From positions 1-57,632 of IMG/VR virus record IMGVR_UViG_3300028596_000014: DNA of 57,632 nucleotides; one strand, written 5' to 3'. The notes beneath the pieces were generated by a model. That model saw only the letters and a list, made by a program, of their open reading frames with translations, ran no database searches and was not told the DNA's origin. Shown piece by piece: positions 7,631-17,197 of this stretch. The first letter of the stretch is position 1; each line of letters begins with the position of its first letter. Source of the DNA: a virus. Taxonomy: Duplodnaviria > Caudoviricetes. Both the position numbers and the translations under genes were made by a program.

Positions 7631-9841
7631 ATGAACCTCAGCCGCGAGACTACCATCAAGAGCGCGGTAGAGGCATACGAACGTGGGTATACGCCCGTGC
7701 CGGTCCGGCCGGGCACCAAGCGCCCCTTCGACTCCGCGTGGACCGCGCTGCACTACGACTCCGCCGAGCAGGTGCGCACGGCGTTCGGTGCGGAGGACTC
7801 TTCTCTGGGGATCGCCCTCGGCTCGCCGTCGGGCGGCCTGGTGGACGTCGACATCGACCACCCGAAGGCGCTCACGGCAGCGCAGATCTTCCTCCGGGGG
7901 ACGACGGCGGCCGTCAGCGGCCGGGCCTCGCGGCCGGGCAGCCACTACTGGTACGTGGTGCGCGACGGGCTGCCCGAGGGCACCACGCGGTGGCAGCACA
8001 GCGACCCGAAGCACCCGAAGCGGACCCTGGTCGAACTGCGGTCCACCGGCGGGCAGACGGTCATCGCGCCGTCTGTCCACCCCGACGGCGACGCCTACCT
8101 GTGGGACAGCGAGCCGTGGGGCGGCCCGGAGGGACCTGCCGTGATCGACGGCGGGGAACTGCGCAGCCGGGTCGGATGCATCGCACTCGGCACGCTGCTG
8201 GCCGTCGAGTGGCCCACGCGCGGCGGCCGTCACGACGCCTACCTGGCGCTCGCGGGGGCGCTGCTGGCGGAGGGCTACGACTCCACCCGCCGCGTCTCGC
8301 CGGTGTGGCGCAACCTCGCGCCGGGCATCGTCGCGGTGATCGCCCAGGCGACGCACGACGAGGAGGGGATGCAGACCCGCATCGAGCAGTCGATCGAGTC
8401 CACGCTCCAGAAGATCGCCCGGGGCAAGCCCACGCAGGGCTGGCCGACCCTGGCCCAGCACCTCCCGGAGGAGGTGGTGGACCGCTGCAAGGACTTCGTG
8501 TTCGGCATCGAGGAGGCCGAGGGCCACACCCGGCCGCCGACGGTCTCGTCTGACGACGCGTACGACCCGTACAGCGACGTTCAGACGCTCGGGGCAGCCG
8601 GGTCCGTCGAGGTGGATCTGAGCGCCTACAGCGACCAGGAGGACGACGAGGAGGACGACGGCACGCAGGACGCCGCGCAGTCCATCGCGTTCGAGCGGAT
8701 GGTCCAGCACGAGGTACTCCGGATGGAGGTCCGCGAGGTGGCGCGCGAGCGCTACGCCGAGGTCCGGGCCGAGAAGCAGTTGGCCGACAACCCGGAACTG
8801 GAGGCCCCAATCCGGACGGCGGCCGACGTGCTCACCGACGAACCGCCGGAGCCCGGCCGGATCGACCGGCTGCTGCCCTGGAACTCGTCGATGCTGCTCG
8901 TCGCACAGCGCAAGACGGGCAAGACGATCTGGCTCTGCAACCTGGCGCACTCGCTGCTCACCGGGGAGAAGTTCCTCAACGAGTTCGCGGTGCGCGCGCT
9001 GGAGCCGACGCAGAAGGTCGCGTTCCTCAACTTCGAGGTGAACGGCCCGATGCTCGCGGACGACCTGAGCAGGCGCGGCGTGCCGCTGGACCGCGTGCTC
9101 CAGGTGGACCTGCGCGGGCGGCTGAACCCGTTCAAGCACAAGTCCGTCCGGGCCAAGTTGACCAAGGCCCTGGTCAGCCACAACGTCGGGGCGATCTTCG
9201 TCGACACGTTCGCACAGGCGTTCACCGGTGAGTCCCAGAACGACACGGCCGACGTCGGCAACTGGCTGCGCGAACTCAACGAGTGGGTCCGGGCCGAGGT
9301 CGGTGCGATCGACCTGGTGCTTACGGCGCACGCAGGGTGGGACGGAGACCGGGCGCGCGGCTCGTCGGCGCTGGAGGACTGGGCCGACTCCATCGTGCAC
9401 CTGCGCCGCACGGACAAGGACGACATGACGTCCATGCGACAGATGCGGGCCACCGGCCGCGAGGACGTCCACCTGGAGTGGGGCAACCTGCCGTTCGACC
9501 AGGAGGAGCGTCGTACCTGGTACGAGGAGGCCGAGCAGGTGGACAAGGTCCAGGAGCAGTTGGACCGGATGAACGCGGCTGACGAGGCGATCCGCGACGC
9601 GCTGCGGATCGCCACCGAGCCCCTGCGGGCGCAGGAACTCTGCGACGCCGCCGGAGCACTCCCCGCCGGTCGGGGGATCAGCAACCGGGCACTCGACCAG
9701 GCGCGGCAGCGGCTCGTCACCCTGGGCGAAATTATGACGACGCGCGGCACCGGCCGGGGCTCGCCCCTGCTGCACGCGCTGGACCCGGACTACACCGAGG
9801 ACTACGGCCCGGACGAGCAGCCGGGCGAATCGGGCGAATAG
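7631..9841 (+). CDS. Bifunctional primase-polymerase (Prim-Pol) fused to an AAA_25/RecA-type helicase
   Basis: N-terminal PVRPGTKRP, GLVDVDID, H.WY, APSVHP. C-terminal Walker A AQRKTGKT, Walker B IFVDT, RGSSAL. Confidence 0.9.
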   Translation: MNLSRETTIKSAVEAYERGYTPVPVRPGTKRPFDSAWTALHYDSAEQVRTAFGAEDSSLGIALGSPSGGLVDVDIDHPKALTAAQIFLRGTTAAVSGRASRPGSHYWYVVRDGLPEGTTRWQHSDPKHPKRTLVELRSTGGQTVIAPSVHPDGDAYLWDSEPWGGPEGPAVIDGGELRSRVGCIALGTLLAVEWPTRGGRHDAYLALAGALLAEGYDSTRRVSPVWRNLAPGIVAVIAQATHDEEGMQTRIEQSIESTLQKIARGKPTQGWPTLAQHLPEEVVDRCKDFVFGIEEAEGHTRPPTVSSDDAYDPYSDVQTLGAAGSVEVDLSAYSDQEDDEEDDGTQDAAQSIAFERMVQHEVLRMEVREVARERYAEVRAEKQLADNPELEAPIRTAADVLTDEPPEPGRIDRLLPWNSSMLLVAQRKTGKTIWLCNLAHSLLTGEKFLNEFAVRALEPTQKVAFLNFEVNGPMLADDLSRRGVPLDRVLQVDLRGRLNPFKHKSVRAKLTKALVSHNVGAIFVDTFAQAFTGESQNDTADVGNWLRELNEWVRAEVGAIDLVLTAHAGWDGDRARGSSALEDWADSIVHLRRTDKDDMTSMRQMRATGREDVHLEWGNLPFDQEERRTWYEEAEQVDKVQEQLDRMNAADEAIRDALRIATEPLRAQELCDAAGALPAGRGISNRALDQARQRLVTLGEIMTTRGTGRGSPLLHALDPDYTEDYGPDEQPGESGE

Positions 9842-9849
9842 GTCTCGTC

Positions 9850-9901
9850 TTTATTCCTCATCACCGCACTACCCCTTAGGTAGTGCGGTGATGAAGATAA
9901 A
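9850..9901. repeat. Long palindrome family, copy P3
   Basis: tcatcaccgcactacc-cctta-ggtagtgcggtgatga (16-bp perfect arms, 9858-9894) with degenerate outer arms. Confidence 0.8.
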
Positions 9902-9929
9902 TACACACGTAACATGTAAACTGAGAGGC

Positions 9930-10136
9930 ATGAGCATGGACAGCAACCTCCGAGCCCTCCTGTACGGCAACCCGGCAACCTCGCCGTCTTCCTGGACCAA
10001 CGGTCGCGTCACGGTGCGCTACCGGGCCAGCGACGACGTGTGGACCTGGAGCACGAACGACGGGAAGAAGGGCTCCTCCGACATGGCCGAGACGGTCCTC
10101 AAGGCCATCGCCCCCTACCTGCGGAAGAACCCGTGA
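9930..10136 (+). CDS. Hypothetical protein, 68 aa
   Basis: TAAACT -10-like box 7 nt before the ATG. GTGA overlap with the helicase. Confidence 0.6.
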   Translation: MSMDSNLRALLYGNPATSPSSWTNGRVTVRYRASDDVWTWSTNDGKKGSSDMAETVLKAIAPYLRKNP

Positions 10137-11755
10137 CGATCAACTTCAAGCCGCGCGGGGAGCCCCGCTACGAGCACCAGCGCCGGGTGCTGCGGCGCAT
10201 CATCGAGACGCGCGGCGTGTGCGCGCTGCTGTGCGACCCGGGCACCGGCAAGACGGCCGCCACCGTCGACTACATCAGCGCGCTCGCGCTCAAGACCGAC
10301 CGCACGGTGCGCGTGCTCGTGCTCGCACCGCTCGTCGCCCTGGACTCCTGGGTCGGGCAAACGGCGAAGTATGCGGCCGAAGGCGTGGCCGTGTGGGCGG
10401 AGGCCCTGGGCGGCTCCGTGACGCAGCGCGCCGAGGTGCTCGCCGCGCGCGGGCAGCGGTTCGATGCCCGGCTCGGGCACCGGCGCTCCATCGCCTGGGC
10501 CGGGCTCAACGTGGACGCCTACCAGTTCCGCGACAACCTGCCCGGCCGGACCAACCTGTGGGCCGACATGATCGGCGGCGGGCCGGGCATCGTGCTGGAG
10601 GTGCTGTCTCTCGACTCGCTGAGCCAGCGCCGCGAGGTGAGCCGCAGCAAGACCGTGGCCGACGTGCTGCACAAGGCGGTCGAGCGGTTCGGGCCGGACG
10701 TGATCGTGGTGGACGAGAGCCACCGCATCAAGTCCGCGAGCGCCAACGTGAGCCGGATGGCCGCCCGGCTGAGCAAGATGGCACCCCGGCGCCTGATCCT
10801 GACCGGGACCGTGATGCCGCACAGCCCGATGGACGTGTGGGCGCAGTGGCGGTTCCTGGAGCCGATGGCGTTCAACGTCCCGGACCCGAAGCGGCCCGGC
10901 GAGATGAAGGCGATGCCGTTCGGCCAGTTCCAGGAGCGCTACGGCGTGTTCGGCGGCTGGCAGGGGCGGCAGATCATCGGGTACCAGAACCTCGGTGAGA
11001 TGCAGCGCGTCATGGACCAGAACAGCATCGTCGTCCGCAAGGAGGACGCGCTGGACCTGCCCGAGACCGTCGACATCACGGTGCCGGTGCACCTGTCGCC
11101 CAAGGAGCAGACGGCCTACGACCAGATGAAGGACCAGTTGGCCGCTGTGCTCGGCGGCGGCGCCGTCGCCACGGTGCCGAACCGGCTCGCGCAGATGATG
11201 CGCCTGCGGCAGATCACGAGCGGCTACCTGCCCGACGACGCCGGGGTGACCCGGACCATTGGGGACTCGAAGGTGGCGGCGGCCCGGGGCATCGTGTGCA
11301 CGACGCTCGCCGGGGAGAAGCGCGTGGTGGTTTTCGCGCACTTCCGGCAGGAGATTGCCGACCTGGAGGCGGCGATCGGGGCGGCCGAGGGCAAGGACAC
11401 CGTGCTCATGACGATCACCGGCGACACGGCCCCGGCCGAGCGCGAGCGGCTGCGCAAGCGGTTCGGCTCGGACGAGGACGTGCGGATCGTGCTGATCGCC
11501 CAGATGCGCACGCTGTCGCTCGCGGTGAACGAACTGGTCACGGCGTCGCACGCCGTCTACACGTCGATCAGCGAGCGCCGGGACGATTGGGTGCAGAGCC
11601 GCGACCGGCTGCACCGGATCGGCCAGAAGCGGTCGGTCACGTTCTGGAACGTGATGGTGCCGCGCTCGGTGGATGAGGCGATCTACCAGGCGCACCTGAC
11701 GCGCGAGTCCGTCGAGAACGCGGTACTGCGCTACATCGAGAAGGGCGAGGACTAG
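10133..11755 (+). CDS. SNF2-family (SF2) DNA helicase
   Basis: DPGTGKT, VVDESH, LTGT and QSRDRLHRIGQ motifs. Confidence 0.92.
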   Translation: MTINFKPRGEPRYEHQRRVLRRIIETRGVCALLCDPGTGKTAATVDYISALALKTDRTVRVLVLAPLVALDSWVGQTAKYAAEGVAVWAEALGGSVTQRAEVLAARGQRFDARLGHRRSIAWAGLNVDAYQFRDNLPGRTNLWADMIGGGPGIVLEVLSLDSLSQRREVSRSKTVADVLHKAVERFGPDVIVVDESHRIKSASANVSRMAARLSKMAPRRLILTGTVMPHSPMDVWAQWRFLEPMAFNVPDPKRPGEMKAMPFGQFQERYGVFGGWQGRQIIGYQNLGEMQRVMDQNSIVVRKEDALDLPETVDITVPVHLSPKEQTAYDQMKDQLAAVLGGGAVATVPNRLAQMMRLRQITSGYLPDDAGVTRTIGDSKVAAARGIVCTTLAGEKRVVVFAHFRQEIADLEAAIGAAEGKDTVLMTITGDTAPAERERLRKRFGSDEDVRIVLIAQMRTLSLAVNELVTASHAVYTSISERRDDWVQSRDRLHRIGQKRSVTFWNVMVPRSVDEAIYQAHLTRESVENAVLRYIEKGED

Positions 11756-11822
11756 CCGCCGCGCGACTCCCCGGAGATTAGTTATCCCGGGGAGTTGCAC
11801 GGTCCCGGTGGGCGATGCTAAT

Positions 11823-11840
11823 GTTACGTATGTCAGCACA
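11823..11840 (+). promoter_or_regulatory. 18-bp motif copy 3 (TTGCAC-N18-TAATGT, with upstream stem-loop)
   Basis: Exact motif. Confidence 0.9.
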
Positions 11841-11871
11841 ACGCAGGCACCTAACCGACCGGGAGGTCACC

Positions 11872-12213
11872 ATGTTCGGCAACACGGTTCACACCCTCAG
11901 CAACGGCTTCTGCACCGTGTGCGGCGAGACCGAAGAGTGGATCCGCTCTTCCGGGGCCAAGTTCACCGAGGTCCAGGCTGCCGGGCGCACCTTCACCGAG
12001 GACGGCGCCGAGAAGGTCATGGCCGCCGACCTCGCCAAGGGCGACGTGATCCGGTACGACGAGCGGAACGTCTGGAAGATCGTCGAGGTGCTCAAGGAGA
12101 CCGCCGCGATGATCACCTACTCGTTCGAGTACGTCCGCACGCAGGACTCGGACCGGGTCGGCCTGGTCCGCTCCAAGACGTCGCGTAAGTCGACCAAGTT
12201 CCTCCTGGTCTGA
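11872..12213 (+). CDS. Hypothetical protein, 113 aa
   Basis: RBS GGGAGG. First gene after motif copy 3. Confidence 0.75.
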   Translation: MFGNTVHTLSNGFCTVCGETEEWIRSSGAKFTEVQAAGRTFTEDGAEKVMAADLAKGDVIRYDERNVWKIVEVLKETAAMITYSFEYVRTQDSDRVGLVRSKTSRKSTKFLLV

Positions 12214-12279
12214 CCGGCCGCAACTCCCCTGGAATTAGTTATCCGGGGGAGTTGCACCCGCCCCGGGCGGGATGCTAAT

Positions 12280-12297
12280 GTTACGTATGTCAGCACA
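12280..12297 (+). promoter_or_regulatory. 18-bp motif copy 4 (TTGCAC-N18-TAATGT, with upstream stem-loop)
   Basis: Exact motif. Confidence 0.9.
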
Positions 12298-12325
12298 GCA
12301 GGTCACCAAAACCGGAGGTAACACC

Positions 12326-12544
12326 ATGAACACCACGCCCGCCGCCATCGAGACCGTCACCGTCGGCCAGACCATCGTCTCCCGCAAGTACGGCTCGCTC
12401 CGGGTGACCCGGTCTGCTGTGGCCCGCAACCCGCGCAACGGCTACATCGACCCCACCAAGTGGGCGCTCCAGGTGCGCGACGCCAAGGGCGAGACGCGGT
12501 TCTTCAAGGCGGCCTTCGGCTTCCAGGTCCGCGTCGCCTCCTGA
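12326..12544 (+). CDS. Hypothetical protein, 72 aa
   Basis: RBS GGAGG. First gene after motif copy 4. Confidence 0.75.
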   Translation: MNTTPAAIETVTVGQTIVSRKYGSLRVTRSAVARNPRNGYIDPTKWALQVRDAKGETRFFKAAFGFQVRVAS

Positions 12545-12592
12545 CCCCACCCCGGGCGGGGCTCCGGCCCCGCCCCTCCCCGAAGGAGCAAC

Positions 12593-12829
12593 ATGAGCCG
12601 CACCATGAGCCAGTTCGTGGTCCTGACCGACGACGGCGGCGCGCAGGCGTCCAAGGGCTACCTGCGCGAGAGCGAGGCGTGGGCCGAGTTCTGGGCCGAG
12701 GTCGCTCGGCAGCCGGACGACGGCGTGGCGCTGACCGGCTTCGACACGAAGCGCGTTCTCGCGTCCCGTACCGGTCTCGACTCGGCCGGTGTCCGCTGGT
12801 ACGCCCACCTGATGGTGGAGGTGCCGTAG
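12593..12829 (+). CDS. Hypothetical protein, 78 aa
   Basis: RBS AAGGAG. Confidence 0.7.
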   Translation: MSRTMSQFVVLTDDGGAQASKGYLRESEAWAEFWAEVARQPDDGVALTGFDTKRVLASRTGLDSAGVRWYAHLMVEVP

Positions 12830-13071
12830 TGGCCCGCCGGTTCGACCTCGACAACCCGCCCGCCGGGTACGAGTGGGTCTCGTGCAACGCACGGGACTAC
12901 GGCTCGGCCGGGTTCAGCATCCACCTGATCGCCACCGAGACGCGCAAGCGGCACTGGCAGACGACCGTCTGCGGCGCCACGGCCAGCGGGCCGGGCATCT
13001 GGCGGCGGCCCGCCTGGAACAGCACCAAGAGCAAGTGCCACTCCTGCTACGAGAAGGGAAAGACCCTGTGA
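12829..13071 (+). CDS. Hypothetical Cys-containing protein, 80 aa
   Basis: TAGTG coupling, RBS GGAGG, VCG...CHSC motif. Confidence 0.65.
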   Translation: MARRFDLDNPPAGYEWVSCNARDYGSAGFSIHLIATETRKRHWQTTVCGATASGPGIWRRPAWNSTKSKCHSCYEKGKTL

Positions 13072-13397
13072 CCACGGTCAAGTACATCGACGTCGTCCCC
13101 CACGCCCAGGACCCGGAGGTGCTGCGGCACGCCGTCCAGATCTTCCAGGACAGCCGCCGCACCGGCCTCTCCTGGATGCAGGGCAATGCGACGCTCCAAC
13201 ACTGCGAGAACGTCGCGGTGACCCTCGTCCGGACGTACGTCCTGATGGGCAACCAGGGCGGCTTCGAGAACGCCGTGCTCTACGCCAAGGTGGCCGACCT
13301 ATTCGGCGCGCTGTCGTACTACTCCAGCGGGGCGCAGCGGCGGATCGAGTACCGCCACCTCCAGGAGCGGATCTTCCCGGCGGCGGTGGCCTCGTGA
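13068..13397 (+). CDS. Hypothetical protein, 109 aa
   Basis: GTGA overlap. Confidence 0.65.
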   Translation: MTTVKYIDVVPHAQDPEVLRHAVQIFQDSRRTGLSWMQGNATLQHCENVAVTLVRTYVLMGNQGGFENAVLYAKVADLFGALSYYSSGAQRRIEYRHLQERIFPAAVAS

Positions 13398-13609
13398 GCC
13401 TCTTCCAGAACAGCCAGCGGCTCGTCTCCGCCGAGGGCGTCGGCACGACGGCCAGCGGCAACGTCACCTACCGCCTGCGGTTCGAGGACGGCAGCGTGTA
13501 CCTCACCGAGCCGGACTCGCAGGTCGGCAGCGCGGTGACGAACTACGTCGGCAAGATCGTCACGATCCGCCTGCGGCACAACCGCGTCACCCACGTCACG
13601 CCGCTGTGA
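13394..13609 (+). CDS. Hypothetical protein, 71 aa
   Basis: GTGA overlap. Confidence 0.65.
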   Translation: MSLFQNSQRLVSAEGVGTTASGNVTYRLRFEDGSVYLTEPDSQVGSAVTNYVGKIVTIRLRHNRVTHVTPL

Positions 13610-13680
13610 GGTAGGCTGCACACATACGTAACTAGCGCGGGGCCGTCCACACGGGCGGCCCCGCTTCGTCAGGAGGACGA

Positions 13681-15690
13681 ATGACCACCACCCCGGACCC
13701 TTTCACCCAGGGGGACCTGTTCGACGTCACACGGGTCGCCTGGCTCTGGGATGAGGACGACCTGGACACGCTGCTCCGGCAGATCCACGCGCATCCGTTC
13801 ATCACCTGGGACCTGGAGAACACCGGTCTCGACGAGCACGCCTACGAGGGCGGCCCGACCAACGGCGGCTACCCGGCGCGGATCGTGCTGCTGTCGCTCA
13901 CGCTCGCCAAGTCCCTCGACGACATGGACCCGGTGACCTGGCTCGTGCCGCTCAGCCACAAGGGAGCGTCGCTGTTCCCGCGCTGGGTCGCGATCATCAC
14001 GGCCATCGCGACCGCGCTGCGCGACTCCGGCGCCGACCTGACGGCGCACAACGGGCGCTACGACTGCCGGTGGATCTTCGCGCACACGGGCGTCGACCTG
14101 ACGGGGCACCTGTCGTGGGACACGATGATCGTCGAGCACCTGCTCGACGAGAACCTGTCCACCAAGTTGAAGGTCCGCGCGCCGCGCCGGTTCGCGGTGC
14201 CGTCCTGGGCCGACGTCGACCTGTCGTCGCCGGGCGCCGCCGAGCGCGTGCCGCTGCTGGACCTGGGCTACTACGCCGCGCGCGACACGTACTGGACGTG
14301 GCGCCTGCGCATGGTGCAGCAGCGCGAACTCTGGCTGATGCCCGACAACGAGCCGGACGGCACCGAGGACGCCGACGAGCGCGAGATGATCCGGCTCGGC
14401 AGCCACGCGGAGTTCTGCGTGATGCCGATGGCCCGCAACCTCGCCGCCGTCGAGCAGCGCGGGTTCCGCCTGGATCAGGAGTGGGTCGCCCGCGAACTCG
14501 CGGAGGTGGACGGCATCGTCGCGGCGGCGTCCGCCGAACTGGTGACGCTGTTCACCGACACCGAGGAGATGACGGCCGCCGACGTGTCGTGGGCGCCGAC
14601 GAGCAACTGGTTCCGCGCGTGGTCCGACCAGCAGGTCGAGGCCGGGCGGCTGCGGGTCGACGCGATGACCGGCAAGGGTCGCCCGCAGTGGAACAGCGCG
14701 GTGCTCAAGCGGCAGACCCGCGAGGGCAACCAGGTGGCCGAGCGCCTGCTCGAACTGCGCCAGGCCGCCAAGAAGGCCGAGTTCCTGCGGTCGTGGCAGG
14801 AACTCGTCACGCCCGACTCCCGTATCCACGCCTCTTACAACGTGGGCCGGGTGAGCACCGGCCGCCTGTCGTCGTCCGAGCCGAACCTCCAGCAGGTCAC
14901 CAAGACGCTCAAGCCTGCGTTCGTGCCCGACCCGGGGATGCTCGTGGTCGAAATCGACTACAGCCAGATCGAACTGCGGGCCGCCGCGTTCATCGCGCGC
15001 TGCGAGCCGATGATCGAGGCGTACCAGCGCGGCGACGACCTGCACCGGCTCATGGCCGCGCAGATCACCAAGAAGGACCCGGCCGACGTCACCCCCGACG
15101 AGCGGCAGCGGGCCAAGGCGTCCAACTTCGGGCTGCTCTACATGCAGACCCCGGAGGGCTTCCAGACGTACGCCGAGACGGCCTACGGCGTCGTCCTGAC
15201 GCTGGAGGAGGCCTACGAGTCCTACACGGCGTTCTTCTCGCTGTGGGACGGCATGTCGCAGTGGCACCAGCAGATCATCAACACCGTGGTCCGCGAGGGC
15301 CAGGTGGTCTCGCCGCTCGGCCGGGTGCGCCGCACGCCGAACGCCATGACGGGCGACCCGTACCTGGTCAGCGAGGCGGCCCGGCAGGCGTGCAACGCGC
15401 CGGTGCAGTCGTTCGCCAGCGACATCATGCAGATGGTCGCGGCGGACATCTCCGGGGTGTTCGGCAACCCCGTGCCGGACGTGCAGATGGTCTCGACGGT
15501 GCACGACTCGATCGTGCTCCAGATCCCGGCCGACAACTGGAAGCGCCCGCTCGCGGCGACGATGCGCCGCATGATCGAGCCGCACCACCTGCTCGAACCG
15601 ATGGGTTGCTTCCTGGACGTGCCGCTCGCCGTCGAGGCGACGGTGGGCACGCGGTGGGGCAAGGGCGACGTGGCCGTTGTCGTATCCTGA
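13681..15690 (+). CDS. polA: Family A DNA polymerase with 3'-5' exonuclease domain
   Basis: Exo motifs WDLENTG, HNGRYD and YAARD. TGRLSSSEPNLQQ, motif A DYSQIELR, motif B RQRAKASNFG, motif C VHDS. RBS AGGAGG. Confidence 0.95.
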   Translation: MTTTPDPFTQGDLFDVTRVAWLWDEDDLDTLLRQIHAHPFITWDLENTGLDEHAYEGGPTNGGYPARIVLLSLTLAKSLDDMDPVTWLVPLSHKGASLFPRWVAIITAIATALRDSGADLTAHNGRYDCRWIFAHTGVDLTGHLSWDTMIVEHLLDENLSTKLKVRAPRRFAVPSWADVDLSSPGAAERVPLLDLGYYAARDTYWTWRLRMVQQRELWLMPDNEPDGTEDADEREMIRLGSHAEFCVMPMARNLAAVEQRGFRLDQEWVARELAEVDGIVAAASAELVTLFTDTEEMTAADVSWAPTSNWFRAWSDQQVEAGRLRVDAMTGKGRPQWNSAVLKRQTREGNQVAERLLELRQAAKKAEFLRSWQELVTPDSRIHASYNVGRVSTGRLSSSEPNLQQVTKTLKPAFVPDPGMLVVEIDYSQIELRAAAFIARCEPMIEAYQRGDDLHRLMAAQITKKDPADVTPDERQRAKASNFGLLYMQTPEGFQTYAETAYGVVLTLEEAYESYTAFFSLWDGMSQWHQQIINTVVREGQVVSPLGRVRRTPNAMTGDPYLVSEAARQACNAPVQSFASDIMQMVAADISGVFGNPVPDVQMVSTVHDSIVLQIPADNWKRPLAATMRRMIEPHHLLEPMGCFLDVPLAVEATVGTRWGKGDVAVVVS

Positions 15691-15726
15691 TACCCTACGT
15701 ACGTAATATCTACCGGAAGGAGGACC

Positions 15727-16059
15727 ATGGCAGCCAACGGCAAGGGGCGCGCGATCCGCGTCCCTGAGGCGCTGTGGGAGACAGCCAAGGCGAAGGCGGC
15801 CCAGCGGGGCGCCAAGTCCCTGGGCGACGCCATCAGGACGTTCCTGGAGGCGTACGTGAAGTCCAGCCAGCCCGCCGTGAAGGACGGCGTCGGCGTGATG
15901 CGGGCGCGCACCGGCGCCGAGAAGCGGGTGGTGTGCACGTTCTACGTGTCCAACGACCTGTGGCAGACGGCGCACGACAAGGCGGAGAGCGTTGACGAGA
16001 CGCTTTCCGCCGCGATCCTCACGTTTCTCATCGCCTACGCGAAGGACAGCGAGGCGTGA
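15727..16059 (+). CDS. Tandem ribbon-helix-helix DNA-binding protein
   Basis: Two RHH-like repeats: RAIRVPEALWETAKAKA..SLGDAIRTFLEAYV and CTFYVSNDLWQTAHDKA..TLSAAILTFLIAYA. Confidence 0.75.
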   Translation: MAANGKGRAIRVPEALWETAKAKAAQRGAKSLGDAIRTFLEAYVKSSQPAVKDGVGVMRARTGAEKRVVCTFYVSNDLWQTAHDKAESVDETLSAAILTFLIAYAKDSEA

Positions 16060-16250
16060 GCAGCAGCCCCACCCCCACCTTTCCCGAAGACCCCGAGTGG
16101 GACTCGCACATCGAGACCGACCCGGAAAAGCGCGCAGCAGCGGCGCGCCGCCTGCGTCATTGGCAGCCGCTGCTCGCGGCCCGGAATAGCCGGGCATTCA
16201 TGGACGAACAACTCCAGGCAATAGAGGAATACGCAAACACGAGAGGCTAG
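16056..16250 (+). CDS. Hypothetical protein, 64 aa
   Basis: GTGA overlap. Confidence 0.55.
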   Translation: MSSSPTPTFPEDPEWDSHIETDPEKRAAAARRLRHWQPLLAARNSRAFMDEQLQAIEEYANTRG

Positions 16251-16254
16251 AAGA

Positions 16255-16674
16255 ATGGCAACCCTGATCCTCAAAAGCACCTCCGGAATTGCTCTCCCCC
16301 AGGAGCCTTTCCCCACCGAGTACGCCTACCTGACGTGGGAGGAGCCCCCGCGCCTCGCCGGGGCGGCCGACGTGCCACTGTGGTTCGACTCGCCGGACCG
16401 GGGCAGCCGCCCGCTGTTCCTGCGCGACTTCCACCGGAACTACATCACCGAGCGCGGCCTGATGCCGCAGGCGGCCGAGCGCGACCTTGTGCCGTTCTTC
16501 ACAGGCGTCCGCGAGGCGAGCGCGCTGCTCGGGCTCCAGCGGGCCGCGCAGTCGATCACGTACGACGGCCGCCCGCTCGGGGCGCGCCGCGCGGGCCGGG
16601 CACGCTGGCTGCGCAGCATGGCGGACCGGTACCTCGAACTCACAGATCAGCGACCAGTTCCGCTCGCGGAGTAG
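16255..16674 (+). CDS. Hypothetical protein, 139 aa
   Basis: Follows in the operon. Confidence 0.65.
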   Translation: MATLILKSTSGIALPQEPFPTEYAYLTWEEPPRLAGAADVPLWFDSPDRGSRPLFLRDFHRNYITERGLMPQAAERDLVPFFTGVREASALLGLQRAAQSITYDGRPLGARRAGRARWLRSMADRYLELTDQRPVPLAE

Positions 16675-16698
16675 TAATCCGCCTGGCTTGGGTGTAGT

Positions 16699-16716
16699 GT
16701 TACGTATGTCAGCACA
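16699..16716 (+). promoter_or_regulatory. 18-bp motif copy 5 (-10 TAGTGT)
   Basis: Exact motif. Confidence 0.9.
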
Positions 16717-16743
16717 ACGCACCACAAACCAGGAGGTTCCACC

Positions 16744-17130
16744 ATGGCACGCACCGTCCGCAACATCACCACGACGCTCACCGCACCGGGCGAGCGCGTC
16801 GTCAAGGTGAACGGCGAGTACGTCGGCCTCGTCGTCCGAGAGAAGGACGGCTGGCACCGGCTCGGCAAGGGCAGCCGGATCGCGTACCGCACCTTCACCG
16901 AAGCGGCTCAGGCCCTCGTCAAGCGCCAGGAGCGCACGGCCCTGCACCTGCCGGTCCGGGCCGGGCAGATCGTGACCCTCCGGAACCGGCAGGACGGCAT
17001 CACGACGCGGCACTACGTCCAGGCCGTCTCTCAGTTCTCCAACAACCGCTGGACGATGTTCTGCGGCGGCATCGGCGTCCCGTACCGCTCCGACGACTAC
17101 GAGTTCGTCTCGGTCAGCGACACCTGGTGA
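16744..17130 (+). CDS. Hypothetical protein, 128 aa
   Basis: RBS AGGAGG. N-terminus resembles the 43249 and 43488 proteins. Confidence 0.75.
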   Translation: MARTVRNITTTLTAPGERVVKVNGEYVGLVVREKDGWHRLGKGSRIAYRTFTEAAQALVKRQERTALHLPVRAGQIVTLRNRQDGITTRHYVQAVSQFSNNRWTMFCGGIGVPYRSDDYEFVSVSDTW

Positions 17131-17197
17131 CAACCCTGGCCCGGCCCCTCGCGGGCCGGGCCACCCCTCCCCGTCATTCCCCCAGAAAGAGGACATC

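Noticed and set aside
7484-9775. Long antisense ORFs (also 13669..16197, 26055..27791, 34052..36226 and many others)
   Set aside because: Shadow frames of real genes in high-GC DNA, Arg/Ala/Pro-rich with no motifs or RBS.
11815-11871. Shared N-terminal peptide (ML)MLRMSAQ / VTYVST in several ORF-track proteins
   Set aside because: It is the translation of the 18-bp promoter motif. The real starts follow the downstream SD sequences.
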